This document shows positions 18,400 through 28,832 of a DNA stretch of 64,000 nt, one piece after another (the stretch's first letter is position 1; the number at the start of each line of letters is the position of its first letter). The translations under genes were made by a program, and so were the position numbers. The notes under the pieces are model-generated. The model saw nothing but the letters and a program-made list of their open reading frames with translations. It was not told the DNA's origin and did no database searches. The DNA comes from Candidatus Kapaibacterium sp. (lineage in GTDB: Bacteria; Bacteroidota; Ignavibacteria; Kapaibacteriales; UBA2268), in NCBI GenBank assembly GCA_026390695.1, contig JAPLFL010000089.1:42206-106205 (forward strand). The letters are read 5' to 3'.

Positions 18400-18840
18400 C
18401 TAATCCGGCTTGTAAATTATTCTTGAATAAACATAATAGAAATTATCGACGTAATTATCACTTAGAATGAGTGAATCGCAGGATAATTTAATAATTACTT
18501 TTGGCATTGGAGTGGCTGGAAGAGTGAGCTGATTAAAAGTAATCACATCTATCAGTGAATCATCGAAAATTGTCTTCTGTTTTAATATTTCAAATTTACC
18601 AGTAAAATTATTACCTGAATTAGTATAAGACATATAATCACCATTAGGATAGAAATTTATTACCTCGCTTTCATTTTGAGGAATTTTTCTATAAATATTT
18701 GCTATTCCACCATGAATATATTCAAGATTCCAATTTCCATAAATTTTACAATCTGAAGTATTTGGATTGGTCGGATTCTTCTTGCAGGAAACCGAGATTA
18801 TTATTAACAAAATCGCGAAAAGTTTAACTATTTTTTTCAT
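18400..18840 (-). CDS. Lipocalin-like lipoprotein
   Basis: SVSC lipobox; IYGNWNL and GGIA motifs. Confidence 0.7.
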   Translation of the reverse strand: MKKIVKLFAILLIIISVSCKKNPTNPNTSDCKIYGNWNLEYIHGGIANIYRKIPQNESEVINFYPNGDYMSYTNSGNNFTGKFEILKQKTIFDDSLIDVITFNQLTLPATPMPKVIIKLSCDSLILSDNYVDNFYYVYSRIIYKPD

Positions 18841-18913
18841 AATAAATTACCGTTAATTATTATCAATCTATTTATAAATCTAACTATTTAATGAACTTGA
18901 TAAACTAAATTGG

Positions 18914-20200
18914 CTATTTGGTCTTAAATCCAATCTTACTGATCTGTTTTAAATTTTTCGGATCAGTGTAATTGTACTGGTAAACTCCATCAACTCCAAC
19001 TACTATTGCTGATAATCCAAGTGGAATAATATCCCCGAAATTCAATTCTGATACCCAACTCAATAAACTTATACTCGAAGGATTTGTTACATCAAAAACT
19101 TTTAGGCCTGCTTCTCCGTCGCAAACAAACAGCGTATTGTTATCGTATCCAAGACCTGCAGGATTCTGCATGGGATATGCTTTCACAAGTTTAGGAGATG
19201 TGATATTGCTAATATCAACAATTGATAATTGGTTATTATTTCCGGCACAGCGGCTGTTGGAGCGAGTAGTTATATAAGCATATTTATCTGTGGCAACAAC
19301 CGGATCGCAGGCACGGGCATGAGAGAAATTTGCTACAAATGTTGGATTCCATGGAGTTGAAATATCATAAATGAACATGCCTGTCTGTGAGCCAATAAAT
19401 AATTTATCTTTAACAGGATAAACAGTTTCTATACTCCAACCGATATTAGCTTTAGCCCAGATTCTCGGATTACTTGTATTCGATATATCAATAACTTGTA
19501 AATTAGTATTATCAACGATATAAAGATAGGCTCCGACAATTGTGAAACGTTCGGTTGATCCACCAATACCGGTCGCTCCCCCGCTTGAACTTGTACTTCT
19601 GCCACCACTGCCACTACTAACTCCATCTTTCGTGGAGCCACCATAAGTTCCATCAGTTGACACAGGGCTTGACCCGGCGCATTCATTATAAGTATAAGAA
19701 TAAATAGTATCTTTTTCTACCCAATTAGTAACTATACCCAATTTAGGATCAACATAGCTATTATTCATATCGAGAAGATTCGGGAATACATTTTCTAAAC
19801 GTTTTACAAATTTTGGTGCACTCGGATTGCTAATATCAAAAGCAACTAAATCAAGATAATTATCAGCATACATAATATTATTTTTCACTGCAACATCCTG
19901 ATTACCCGGAATTGCCACAAATGAAAGTTGCTGCGGATTTGCAGGATTCGAATTATCGAAAATATGCACCCCGGTACCTTTATCAGTAATAAACAAATAT
20001 TGACCATAAATATAAATTTTGCAAAAAATATTAATATCCTCAGCTCCCTGAGCCTTAACTCCATTGCGAATTTCATCCAATGTTTTATAAACCGGAACCC
20101 AAACTTTGCCTTTAGTGCTTATCGTTTTAGTAGAACAACAGGCGCTTACAAAGAATGCTGTGAAGATCACAAGAACAAAGTAATAAGCTAATTTTTTCAT
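18914..20200 (-). CDS. LVIVD-repeat lipoprotein
   Basis: VSAC lipobox after MKKL start (gagg RBS); repeated (I/F)D(I/V)SNP..P units. Confidence 0.85.
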   Translation of the reverse strand: MKKLAYYFVLVIFTAFFVSACCSTKTISTKGKVWVPVYKTLDEIRNGVKAQGAEDINIFCKIYIYGQYLFITDKGTGVHIFDNSNPANPQQLSFVAIPGNQDVAVKNNIMYADNYLDLVAFDISNPSAPKFVKRLENVFPNLLDMNNSYVDPKLGIVTNWVEKDTIYSYTYNECAGSSPVSTDGTYGGSTKDGVSSGSGGRSTSSSGGATGIGGSTERFTIVGAYLYIVDNTNLQVIDISNTSNPRIWAKANIGWSIETVYPVKDKLFIGSQTGMFIYDISTPWNPTFVANFSHARACDPVVATDKYAYITTRSNSRCAGNNNQLSIVDISNITSPKLVKAYPMQNPAGLGYDNNTLFVCDGEAGLKVFDVTNPSSISLLSWVSELNFGDIIPLGLSAIVVGVDGVYQYNYTDPKNLKQISKIGFKTK

Positions 20201-20278
20201 TTTATCCTCAAAAGTATTTAATAATTTCATTTTATAGAATAACACATCACCTGAAAAAAAGTTGCAATTTGTTAAAAG

Positions 20279-21472
20279 TTAATATTTATAAAAATGCTTA
20301 AATTCAAATTTCCCTGCTACTCTATATTTTAGGAAATATAATCCAACCGGAACTTGTCTTAAATTAATCCATAAATTTGACAAAGTTCGGTCAATTGCTT
20401 GAAAAGAATAAATTTCATTTCCCAGATAATCGTATATTTGAATTTCATTAATATTATCTTCTGATTGTAAATAAATTTCATTCTGATAAAAACTAAATGA
20501 ATCCTGCCTTAGAGGCTGTGTTTCAACATTTGTTAGAGTCGAATCAAAATATCTGTACCGCATATAATTTTGCCAAGAATTAGCCACCCAAAGCTGTGAA
20601 ATAAGTTCGTTAAGTTCTGAATTTTGATAATGAAATAATTGCCGGGATTGTTTCAGCCACTTATTATTAGAAAATTTGAAACAAGTGGAATCGGCAATTG
20701 AATTATCCGAATTATAAGAAAAGTTCACAGAGTCAGAACCATCCTTTGTAATCCCTTTTTGATCATTGCAAACGGTAGCAATTCTTCTTTTCAGTGAATC
20801 AAAGTAATTGTAGTAATAATGATTAAAAGCGGTATCAGGTGATTTAAAGTTCTCGGATATTGAAATGAGTAGCAAGCTATCGGAATTAAAATAAGTATAA
20901 TTGAAAATATCGACCGCCAGCCAACTTTGTAAAATCTGATTAAAACAACTAATCACTATTGATTTAAGTAAAAATGGCTGTGAATCTATATAATTATATG
21001 TTTTTCTCTGAATATTTATCAGATCTGAATCAATCTCTTGTTGGTAAATCTCGCTTTGAATCCTATTATTGGCAAAATTAACGATATAAATTTGATTATC
21101 ATTAGAATTATCCGAAAATGAAATTTTTGTTATAAGCGAAGTATCCGTTTTAATTGAAATCATATTCCATGAGGGTTTCCAGATATTATCAATAAAAATT
21201 TCAGCATATTTATTTGAATTGGTATCAGCATTCTGATAAAAAATCCGGTAAACATCTTCCCAGTTATAATTCACTCCGAGATTGCTGTGCAAAAGAGAAT
21301 ATAATGTATTATCAGAGTAGGTCATAAGATCGCGGGAACTTATCTTCCAGCGAGTGCTTTCCCAAATTTCATTAACCCAGCTTATTGTTTTGGTCTGAGT
21401 GGAAAAAGAATAGTTTTGTGAAATTATAAAAATTAAAGATATTATATAAAGATATTTTAATTTCATTTTCAT
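20279..21472 (-). CDS. Secreted protein with probable T9SS CTD
   Basis: Signal peptide; Trp/Tyr-rich beta repeats; IYDYLG...GLYFLK C-terminus. Confidence 0.7.
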   Translation of the reverse strand: MKMKLKYLYIISLIFIISQNYSFSTQTKTISWVNEIWESTRWKISSRDLMTYSDNTLYSLLHSNLGVNYNWEDVYRIFYQNADTNSNKYAEIFIDNIWKPSWNMISIKTDTSLITKISFSDNSNDNQIYIVNFANNRIQSEIYQQEIDSDLINIQRKTYNYIDSQPFLLKSIVISCFNQILQSWLAVDIFNYTYFNSDSLLLISISENFKSPDTAFNHYYYNYFDSLKRRIATVCNDQKGITKDGSDSVNFSYNSDNSIADSTCFKFSNNKWLKQSRQLFHYQNSELNELISQLWVANSWQNYMRYRYFDSTLTNVETQPLRQDSFSFYQNEIYLQSEDNINEIQIYDYLGNEIYSFQAIDRTLSNLWINLRQVPVGLYFLKYRVAGKFEFKHFYKY

Positions 21473-21506
21473 ATTGGAACATTCATTTAATGAGGCAAAT
21501 ATCAAA

Positions 21507-21539
21507 AGAACCACTTCCAAAATAACTAAAAGTGGTTCT
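21507..21539 (-). terminator. Hairpin downstream of the GNAT-like gene, possible terminator
   Basis: agaaccactt-N13-aagtggttct with aaaa on the left (T run on the minus strand). Confidence 0.5.
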
Positions 21540-21575
21540 AAAGCATTCCATTACAATAGCACAATATAATATTTC

Positions 21576-22703
21576 CTATAAAGTCTTATCGTAAAGCCTG
21601 TATTTCTTATAAACCTCACCGTGCATCGTAGCAGTTAGAGCCCTGTTCATCATTAAATTGTCTTCTAAAATCCAAGATGCTTCACCACGTAAAATACCAC
21701 GTTTGGCTGCACGAGTACCGAATTCATAGTATAGAATAGCATCTAATCCAATGTTTCTGAATTCAGGTAATACTCCGAGAACAATAATTCTTGCAAGAGA
21801 TATTTTCTTTTGCTTAGTCATCAACTGCCATAGTGCTCCTAATAGCCCACCTTTTTTATTATGGATCAGGCATTCGTTTATATCAGGCAGAGCCAGACCA
21901 AATCCAGCGACTTTACCTTTTACTTCGGCAATAATACATAAATTTGGATCGGCAATCTGTTTCAAATCCGCTGCTAAGAAATCAAATTCCTCATCAGTCA
22001 TTTTCACAGCTCCCCAATTCTGCTGCCATGCTACATTATAGATATCACGAAGGGTTGCTACATCTTCTTTAAACTGTTTTTTATTTTTAAAATCAATACT
22101 GCGTATTTTAATCTGATAGCGTTCTCTTATCAGAGTCTGCATCCTGTCAGCCTTTTCAGAGAGATAAGTTTCATTCTTTAAATGATAAGCAAATAAATCT
22201 TTAGCTTTTGCATATCCTGCATTCTCAATTAACTTGCCATAATATTGGGGATTATATGTCATCAGAATAACAGGTGGAGAGTCAAATCCTTCGATCAGAA
22301 GCCCAATTTCATCATTAATAGATGGATTCATTGGCCCCATGACCTTATCACAGCCATTTGCTTTTAGCCATTCTTCAGCAGTTATGAATAACTGGCTTGC
22401 TACTGATGAATCATCAATTGATTCAAAAAAACCGAAAAAACCGGTTTTATCATTATGTGTCTTGTTGTGATTATCATTTACAATTGCTGCTATCCGGCCT
22501 ACAATCTTGGATTCCGATTCAGCAAGAAATAATTGCATTTTAGAATGAGCATAAAATGGATTTTTTTTCTTATCTAACAGCTTTAATCTGTCGGAAATTA
22601 ATGGTGGCACGAAGTTAGGGTCATTCGTGTAAAAGTTCCACTGGCAGCGGATAAATTTTAATAAATCGCTCTTCAATAAGACCGGTCGGATATTAACTTG
22701 CAT
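21576..22703 (-). CDS. YghO-like tandem GNAT-fold protein
   Basis: GRIAAI, FFGFFE, GP.NPS.N, YNP.YY, NWG, LPD.N, SWILEDN motifs. Confidence 0.8.
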   Translation of the reverse strand: MQVNIRPVLLKSDLLKFIRCQWNFYTNDPNFVPPLISDRLKLLDKKKNPFYAHSKMQLFLAESESKIVGRIAAIVNDNHNKTHNDKTGFFGFFESIDDSSVASQLFITAEEWLKANGCDKVMGPMNPSINDEIGLLIEGFDSPPVILMTYNPQYYGKLIENAGYAKAKDLFAYHLKNETYLSEKADRMQTLIRERYQIKIRSIDFKNKKQFKEDVATLRDIYNVAWQQNWGAVKMTDEEFDFLAADLKQIADPNLCIIAEVKGKVAGFGLALPDINECLIHNKKGGLLGALWQLMTKQKKISLARIIVLGVLPEFRNIGLDAILYYEFGTRAAKRGILRGEASWILEDNLMMNRALTATMHGEVYKKYRLYDKTL

Positions 22704-22787
22704 AAATGTATTATATTTAATTAAACAGAAGTAATTTATATAAAATTAGCTAATTTATATCTAATTGCAAACTGTTTTAAAATTCTT

Positions 22788-22943
22788 ATGAAGAATTAGC
22801 TTTACCTAAAATTATCTGTTGTTCTGTTATTATTATTTAATTCCGGATTCCTTTATTTCCAAAACTTCAATATTGCAGAGCTTTTACGGAAAATCGCGGA
22901 TCAGAGCCACTTACCGAGCATCTATTATTTCAATACATGGTGA
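22788..22943 (+). pseudogene. Possible decayed secreted-protein gene remnant
   Basis: Reads MKN*LYLKLSVVLLLLFNSGFLYFQ..., a signal-peptide-like start interrupted by TAG at codon 4. Confidence 0.3.
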
Positions 22944-23065
22944 ATTTGTAAGATTAACATATAGTCAAACAAATATTACTTAGTTGATAATAACAATGAA
23001 AAACTACTACAGTCCGGTAATTTGGGAAATTTTCAGAATATCAAATCAACAGGTTAGTCACTAAT

Positions 23066-24109
23066 CTAAAAATTTATCACTGCTTTTTCGACTTCAGTTA
23101 ATATTTTTTTAATATTCTCTTCTAAATTACCACTGTAAATTCTGAGTCCGGCAGCATGGAAATGCCCACCACCTGAAAATTTTGAAGCTATTTCACGAAC
23201 AGAAATATTTGCTTTTGACCTAAGTGAACAGCGAAGTTCATCTCTGTCAGGAAGTTGAGTTATTAAAATCCCTACTTCTACACCGTCAACCATCAGCGTT
23301 TTTTCGGCGAAATTCTCCACATCAGCCTCAATAGCTCCTGTTCTCGAAAACATTTCTCTGGTAATTACAAATAGATTTACTCTATCATTAAAAAGTAATT
23401 TTGCATTTGCCATTGCCTCACCAAGAAGTGCCATAGCCGCAAAGCTCACAGTATTATAAATTCTGTCATAGAGCATAACCGGATCAGCCCCACAATCAAT
23501 AAGATGAGCCGCAATTCTGAATAGCGCCGCATCTGTGCGCTGAAAGCGGAAATTACCACTATCCGTCATTATTGCTGTGTATAAAGATTCTGAAATCTGC
23601 TTTGATATTTTATTACCCTGAAATGAGCTGATTAATTTAAAAATAATCTCACCAGTAGAACTTGCATCGGTATCAATGATTTCGATATCTGCAAAGGATT
23701 TGGGTTCAAGATGATGATCAATTAGAACAATTTTGGCTTGGGAAGATTCGATTATTGAAGCCATCTCCCGTAGCCGAGATAAATCATTCAAATCAAGAAT
23801 AAAAATTATATCGGCGCTCTCAATGAGCTTCCCGTGTTCCATTAAAGTAAAATGCAGTATATTTTCCGAACCTTCTAAGAAAGCATAAAGTTTAGGTGTT
23901 TCGGAATAATTAATAATCCAAACATCTTTATCGATTGATAAAAGAAAATGATAAAGAGCCAGAGCTGATCCAATGGCATCTCCATCAGGATTAATATGGG
24001 TTGTAATAATTATCTTTTTTGAATCATCTAAAATTTGCTTTACTTTTTCAGATTTTTCAATTAACTCTAAAACGAATTTATCATTATTCATTAGATCAGT
24101 ATCAGTCAT
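23066..24109 (-). CDS. nrnA: DHH family oligoribonuclease/PAP phosphatase
   Basis: H.NPDGDA, IDHH, TDSG.F, SLRS, GGGH motifs. Confidence 0.93.
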   Translation of the reverse strand: MTDTDLMNNDKFVLELIEKSEKVKQILDDSKKIIITTHINPDGDAIGSALALYHFLLSIDKDVWIINYSETPKLYAFLEGSENILHFTLMEHGKLIESADIIFILDLNDLSRLREMASIIESSQAKIVLIDHHLEPKSFADIEIIDTDASSTGEIIFKLISSFQGNKISKQISESLYTAIMTDSGNFRFQRTDAALFRIAAHLIDCGADPVMLYDRIYNTVSFAAMALLGEAMANAKLLFNDRVNLFVITREMFSRTGAIEADVENFAEKTLMVDGVEVGILITQLPDRDELRCSLRSKANISVREIASKFSGGGHFHAAGLRIYSGNLEENIKKILTEVEKAVINF

Positions 24110-24114
24110 ATTCT

Positions 24115-26673
24115 TTATTGATTAGCCCATGCACATAAATACAAGTCAGCAGAATTAACCATCATATCGTGGCGGGGTAAAATTCTTATTGTAAATCCTT
24201 GAACACCGGTACCGGGGCAGTTATAGTAACCTTCATAATAATGATAATTTGCTTCGGATTTAATCAGTCCTAAAGTTTCATAATTCACGTCAATCATTTC
24301 ATTATGAGGATTAACAGATCCATAATAAACTTGAACGGTAACATCTTCGGGTTTCAATTGACCTAAAGCCACTATTGTGGATACATGGATTGGTTTGCCC
24401 AAATATGTGTTAATATTATCCTTGATAGAAATATCAATAATTTCAACACTGCTCCAGAACTGCTTTACTTTATCCTCCCACAATCTAAGTTGAATCGAGC
24501 CATCAGCTCCATTAGATGTTAGTTTCTGGAAATTTTTTAATGACGGAATATAAAACATTTCAGCATAATTTTTTACCATTCTATGAGTTGAATATTCACC
24601 GGCAATAGTACGAATGCTCTCTTTCATAAAATTGACCCAAGATTGAGGGATTCGCGATAGACGATTATAAAACATTGGCACTACAACTTGTTCAAGCAGA
24701 TCATAGAGACTATTCGATTCTATTATATTCTGATGGTCCTGATTATTATATTCCTCTCCTTCACCTATTGCAAAGCCATTTTTCGCATTGAAAGCCTCGT
24801 CCCACCAACCATCAAGAATACTAAGATTAAGAGTGCCATTAATAGCCGCTTTCATTCCACTCGTACCGCTTGCCTCCAAAGGTCTGATTGGATTATTCAG
24901 CCATACGTCACATCCTTTTACCATCATTCTTGAAATAACCATATCATAATCTTCCAAGAAAACGACATGCCCCTCCAGTCCGTATTCTCGGATTCTACGG
25001 ATTATCGTTTGTATTACCTCCTTACCTTGCACATCGTGTGGATGAGCTTTTCCGGCAATAATTATTTGGACAGGTTTTTCGGAATTTAATAAAATTCTCT
25101 TAAGCCGTTCCATATCTGAAAAAATGAGTAAAGCTCGTTTATATGTTGCAAATCTGCGTGCAAAGCCAATTGTAAGAGCATCAGGATCAAGAAATCCTGA
25201 AATTTTACTAACCTGTTCCGGAAGAAGAAATTCTTTTTGTCTTTTTTTCAAATATTCACGTATAAACAGAACTAATCTAACGCGACGACGTTGTTTTTCG
25301 CGCCATATTTCTTCATTTGGTATGATTGATATTTTATCCCAAATCTCAGGATTATCAGTATCAGTGCGCCACACCGGAGATAAATATCTATCATAAAGTT
25401 CTGAAAATTCGCGTGCAACCCAGGTTTGTGTATGGACACCATTTGTTATATGCTTTATTGGAATTTCATCTTCAGGGAAACATTTCCATATATCTTTCCA
25501 CATTTTTCTTGAAACAGAGCCATGAAGCTTGCTCACACCATTTTCATAAGCTGTCAGTTTAATTCCAAGAACAGTCATTGAAAACTCATCGTGAACATTT
25601 GAACTTTCTACTTGCCCTAATTCTATAAAATCTTTCTTAGACAGCCCTAACTGCTGATAATAGTTATTAAAATATTTCTCAAACAAGTCAAGTTTAAACA
25701 TTTCATTGCCTGCTGGAACAGGAGTATGAGTTGTAAAAACCGATGTATTTTTTACAATTTGCTTTGTTGTATGGAAATCGGTTCCATACTTTTCCATATA
25801 AAATCTAATTCGCTCAAGAAGTGCAAAGGCAGCATGTCCTTCGTTAATATGAATAACTTCAGGATCAATTCCCATTACTTTTAAGGCTCTCATTCCGCCT
25901 ATTCCAAGAATAATCTCCTGTTGAATACGTGTTTCACGAGTTCCGCCATAAAGCTGATCTGTAATATCTCTATATTCATCTCTTGAATTTAAATCAATAT
26001 TTGTGTCCAATAAAAACAGATTGATTCTACCAACATTTAATTTCCATATTTGAAAATAGGCTTTGCCCTCGGGTAAATCCACGTCAAGTATGATTGGTTC
26101 ACCGTTTTCGTGCCTGATCAAAACCAATGGCATTGAATAAAAATCATTATATAAGTACATTTCGGTTTGCCAGCCATTTTGCTGAAGATGTTGGCGAAAA
26201 TATCCCTGCTGATATAGAAGTCCGACCCCGACCAATGGAATGCCAAGATCTGATGCAGATTTCAGATGATCACCTGACAGGATGCCAAGTCCACCGGAAT
26301 AAATAGGAAAACTCTCATTGATACCATATTCCGGGCTGAAATATGCAATCTGACCTTTAACGTGTTCGTAAGATTTTTTAAACCAAGAATGAGAATTTAT
26401 ATAATGCAGAAATTTACCATGAATATAATGCAAATAGCTCGTGAAATCTGCCTGCTGAGCTAATTGTAATAGTTTTGACTGAGGTAATTTATTTAATAAT
26501 AAAACTGGATTATGATTGACTTCCTCCCATAAATCTCGATCTATTCTTATAAATAATTCCCTTGCATCCGAATTCCAGCACCACCAGTAATTATATGCTA
26601 ATTCTTTTAATGTTTCGATTTGGTGCGGTAAATTTGCATTTACTACAAAAGTATGTTTCGGTTTCATTTTCAT
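24115..26673 (-). CDS. glgP: Alpha-glucan phosphorylase
   Basis: YSGGLG, NEGH, FTTHT, ARRFATYKR, EASGTSGMK, DGWW motifs. Confidence 0.97.
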   Translation of the reverse strand: MKMKPKHTFVVNANLPHQIETLKELAYNYWWCWNSDARELFIRIDRDLWEEVNHNPVLLLNKLPQSKLLQLAQQADFTSYLHYIHGKFLHYINSHSWFKKSYEHVKGQIAYFSPEYGINESFPIYSGGLGILSGDHLKSASDLGIPLVGVGLLYQQGYFRQHLQQNGWQTEMYLYNDFYSMPLVLIRHENGEPIILDVDLPEGKAYFQIWKLNVGRINLFLLDTNIDLNSRDEYRDITDQLYGGTRETRIQQEIILGIGGMRALKVMGIDPEVIHINEGHAAFALLERIRFYMEKYGTDFHTTKQIVKNTSVFTTHTPVPAGNEMFKLDLFEKYFNNYYQQLGLSKKDFIELGQVESSNVHDEFSMTVLGIKLTAYENGVSKLHGSVSRKMWKDIWKCFPEDEIPIKHITNGVHTQTWVAREFSELYDRYLSPVWRTDTDNPEIWDKISIIPNEEIWREKQRRRVRLVLFIREYLKKRQKEFLLPEQVSKISGFLDPDALTIGFARRFATYKRALLIFSDMERLKRILLNSEKPVQIIIAGKAHPHDVQGKEVIQTIIRRIREYGLEGHVVFLEDYDMVISRMMVKGCDVWLNNPIRPLEASGTSGMKAAINGTLNLSILDGWWDEAFNAKNGFAIGEGEEYNNQDHQNIIESNSLYDLLEQVVVPMFYNRLSRIPQSWVNFMKESIRTIAGEYSTHRMVKNYAEMFYIPSLKNFQKLTSNGADGSIQLRLWEDKVKQFWSSVEIIDISIKDNINTYLGKPIHVSTIVALGQLKPEDVTVQVYYGSVNPHNEMIDVNYETLGLIKSEANYHYYEGYYNCPGTGVQGFTIRILPRHDMMVNSADLYLCAWANQ

Positions 26674-26756
26674 ATTCTATTTATTCATAAGTGTTCATAT
26701 TAGACAAATAAATTACGAAAAAATGTCCGATTAAAATTATTTTTTGACCAATAAGA

Positions 26757-26782
26757 TATTTATCGTAACTTTACGATAAATA
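26757..26782 (+). promoter_or_regulatory. ArsR/SmtB operator, perfect 12-2-12 inverted repeat
   Basis: tatttatcgtaa-ct-ttacgataaata upstream of arsR; ttgacc at 26744-26749. Confidence 0.85.
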
Positions 26783-26815
26783 ATTCGTATTATTATTGAA
26801 ATAAGTTTTACAATC

Positions 26816-27118
26816 ATGTCAGAAAATAAAAAAGTAGATTATACTGAAGATGAAATAAGAATGGCTCGATATGCTAAGGCATTGTCTCATCCTGCAAGGT
26901 TGGCAATACTAAATATTTTATCTACACAATCAAAGTGTTTTTGTGGTGATATTGTAAGCGAATTACCATTGGCACAATCGACGGTTTCTCAACATTTAAA
27001 GGAATTGAAGGATTCTGGTCTGATACACGGCGAGATAGAACCACCCAAAGTTTGCTACTGTCTTAATCCGACTGAATGGTATATTGCCAAGAAACTGTTC
27101 AAGAAATTTTTTGAATAA
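26816..27118 (+). CDS. arsR: ArsR family repressor
   Basis: [28 protein letters not shown]. Confidence 0.93.
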   Translation: MSENKKVDYTEDEIRMARYAKALSHPARLAILNILSTQSKCFCGDIVSELPLAQSTVSQHLKELKDSGLIHGEIEPPKVCYCLNPTEWYIAKKLFKKFFE

Positions 27119-27163
27119 TTTAACATCGGGTATTTACGATGATGTTTAACAAATTAAGTAAAA

Positions 27164-27574
27164 ATGAAAATATTAATTTTATGCACTGGTAATTCATGTC
27201 GTAGTCAAATGGCAGAAGGATATCTTAAAAAAATATCAGATTTTGATATATATTCTGCAGGAGTAAATCCGGCTGAACGAACAAGTTCAAAAGCCATTAA
27301 AGTAATGAAGGAAATCGGAATTGACATCAGTAGCTCAGTTCCCAAATCCGTGGAGATTTTTCTCAATGAAAGTTTTGATTATGTGATCACAGTTTGTGAT
27401 AATGCAAACAAAACATGTCCTGTTTTTTTTGGTAAAGTTAAATACACATTATATATCCCATTTGATGATCCTTACAATTCAATCGGTACCCAAGAAGAAA
27501 TTATGGGCTGCTATCGAAGAGTTAGGGATGAAATCGTTTCAATATTCGATCAATTTATTAAATCTGTTTTATAA
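27164..27574 (+). CDS. arsC: Arsenate reductase, LMW-PTP/thioredoxin type
   Basis: CTGNSCRS P-loop; TVCD....CP; DDP. Confidence 0.93.
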   Translation: MKILILCTGNSCRSQMAEGYLKKISDFDIYSAGVNPAERTSSKAIKVMKEIGIDISSSVPKSVEIFLNESFDYVITVCDNANKTCPVFFGKVKYTLYIPFDDPYNSIGTQEEIMGCYRRVRDEIVSIFDQFIKSVL

Positions 27575-27592
27575 AATATAAGGAATCCAAAA

Positions 27593-28402
27593 ATGGAAAC
27601 AAATTCACAAATTAAAGAGATGGTCAAGCAGAAATATGGACTAATAGCCACTCAAACCATCTCACAAAATTTAAACTCTTGCTGTGGATCAGGTTCTTGC
27701 TCCACAGTAGATTATTCAATTATTTCCGATGATTACTCAAAGATTGAGGGATATTTCGCTGAAGCTGATCTCGGTTTAGGTTGCGGATTACCTACGGAAT
27801 TTGCAGGTATTGAAGTTGGTAATACAGTTCTTGATCTCGGATCCGGAGCTGGTAATGATGCATTTATTGTGAGAAGATTGGTTGGATCAACCGGAAAAGT
27901 TCTTGGTATTGATATGACCGATGAAATGATTGAAAAATCAAGAAAAAATTGTTTATCGTTAGGATATAATAATGTTGAATTCAGATATGGTGATATTGAG
28001 AAAATGCCAGTCGAATCCGATTCGATTGATGTTGTAATCAGCAATTGTGTGCTAAATCTTGTACCGGACAAATCAAAAGCATTTTCTGAAATTTATAGAA
28101 CATTGAGGCCTGGTGCACATTTTTGCATCTCAGATATTGTTATCATAGGTGAATTACCAGATAGAATCAGAAAAAGTGCAGAAATGTATGCCGGATGTAT
28201 TGGTGGAGCAATGGAAAAAGATGATTACATCGGATTATTGGCAGAAGTAGGATTCAAGAATTTTAATATTAACCGAGAAAAGGAAATCATTATACCTGAG
28301 GATATAATGGAAAATTATTTGAATGAAGATGAAATTTTATTATACAAGAATACCGGAGCTAAGATCCTAAGTATGACTATCAGTGGCGTTAAACCTGAAT
28401 GA
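27593..28402 (+). CDS. arsM: Arsenite S-adenosylmethionine methyltransferase
   Basis: SCCG, LGLGCG, LDLGSGAG, ISNCV, YAGC..GA conserved cysteines. Confidence 0.93.
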   Translation: METNSQIKEMVKQKYGLIATQTISQNLNSCCGSGSCSTVDYSIISDDYSKIEGYFAEADLGLGCGLPTEFAGIEVGNTVLDLGSGAGNDAFIVRRLVGSTGKVLGIDMTDEMIEKSRKNCLSLGYNNVEFRYGDIEKMPVESDSIDVVISNCVLNLVPDKSKAFSEIYRTLRPGAHFCISDIVIIGELPDRIRKSAEMYAGCIGGAMEKDDYIGLLAEVGFKNFNINREKEIIIPEDIMENYLNEDEILLYKNTGAKILSMTISGVKPE

Positions 28403-28427
28403 ATTGTTGAAATCATTTAGAATATAC

Positions 28428-28721
28428 TGTCATTAGGAAGCGTTGTGAAGGATCTCTCCAAAAGTGTCTCTAATATCATTTCCTTAATGAATTAGGAATT
28501 ATTGTCATTCTTCCGAAAATAATCAATTCATCCGTTGACTTGGGATTCATTTGATGAATAATATTTTCATCCTAATTTGTGATTTTTTTTAAATCATGAC
28601 AGTTCCCGCGCATGCGGAAATCCCCTTCCAGTACCAATCAGGAGATTCCAGTAACGCACAAATGACAGCCTTTAAGTAGGAAACGATATAAGATAGATCC
28701 TTCGCTTCGATAAGGATGACA
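28428..28721. repeat. Host palindromic element (gtcat...gaaggatct / agatccttc...atgac) split by an insertion
   Basis: tgtcat..gaaggatct (28428-28455) pairs with agatccttc..atgaca (28695-28721). Confidence 0.65.
28474..28688. mobile_element. TA-flanked MITE-like element (copy 2)
   Basis: tatcatttccttaatgaa ... taagtaggaaacgata ends; core cccgcgcatgcggaaatccccttccagtaccaatcaggagattcc; about 90 bp of extra internal sequence. Confidence 0.8.
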
Positions 28722-28832
28722 ATTCTTGGAATGTATGTTTTGACACAACCACAGATGCGGAAATCTAAATCAGGTGTTAACTATGAGATTCTCGTTACAC
28801 TGGATGGAGAGGGAAATACATGTATCAAATTA

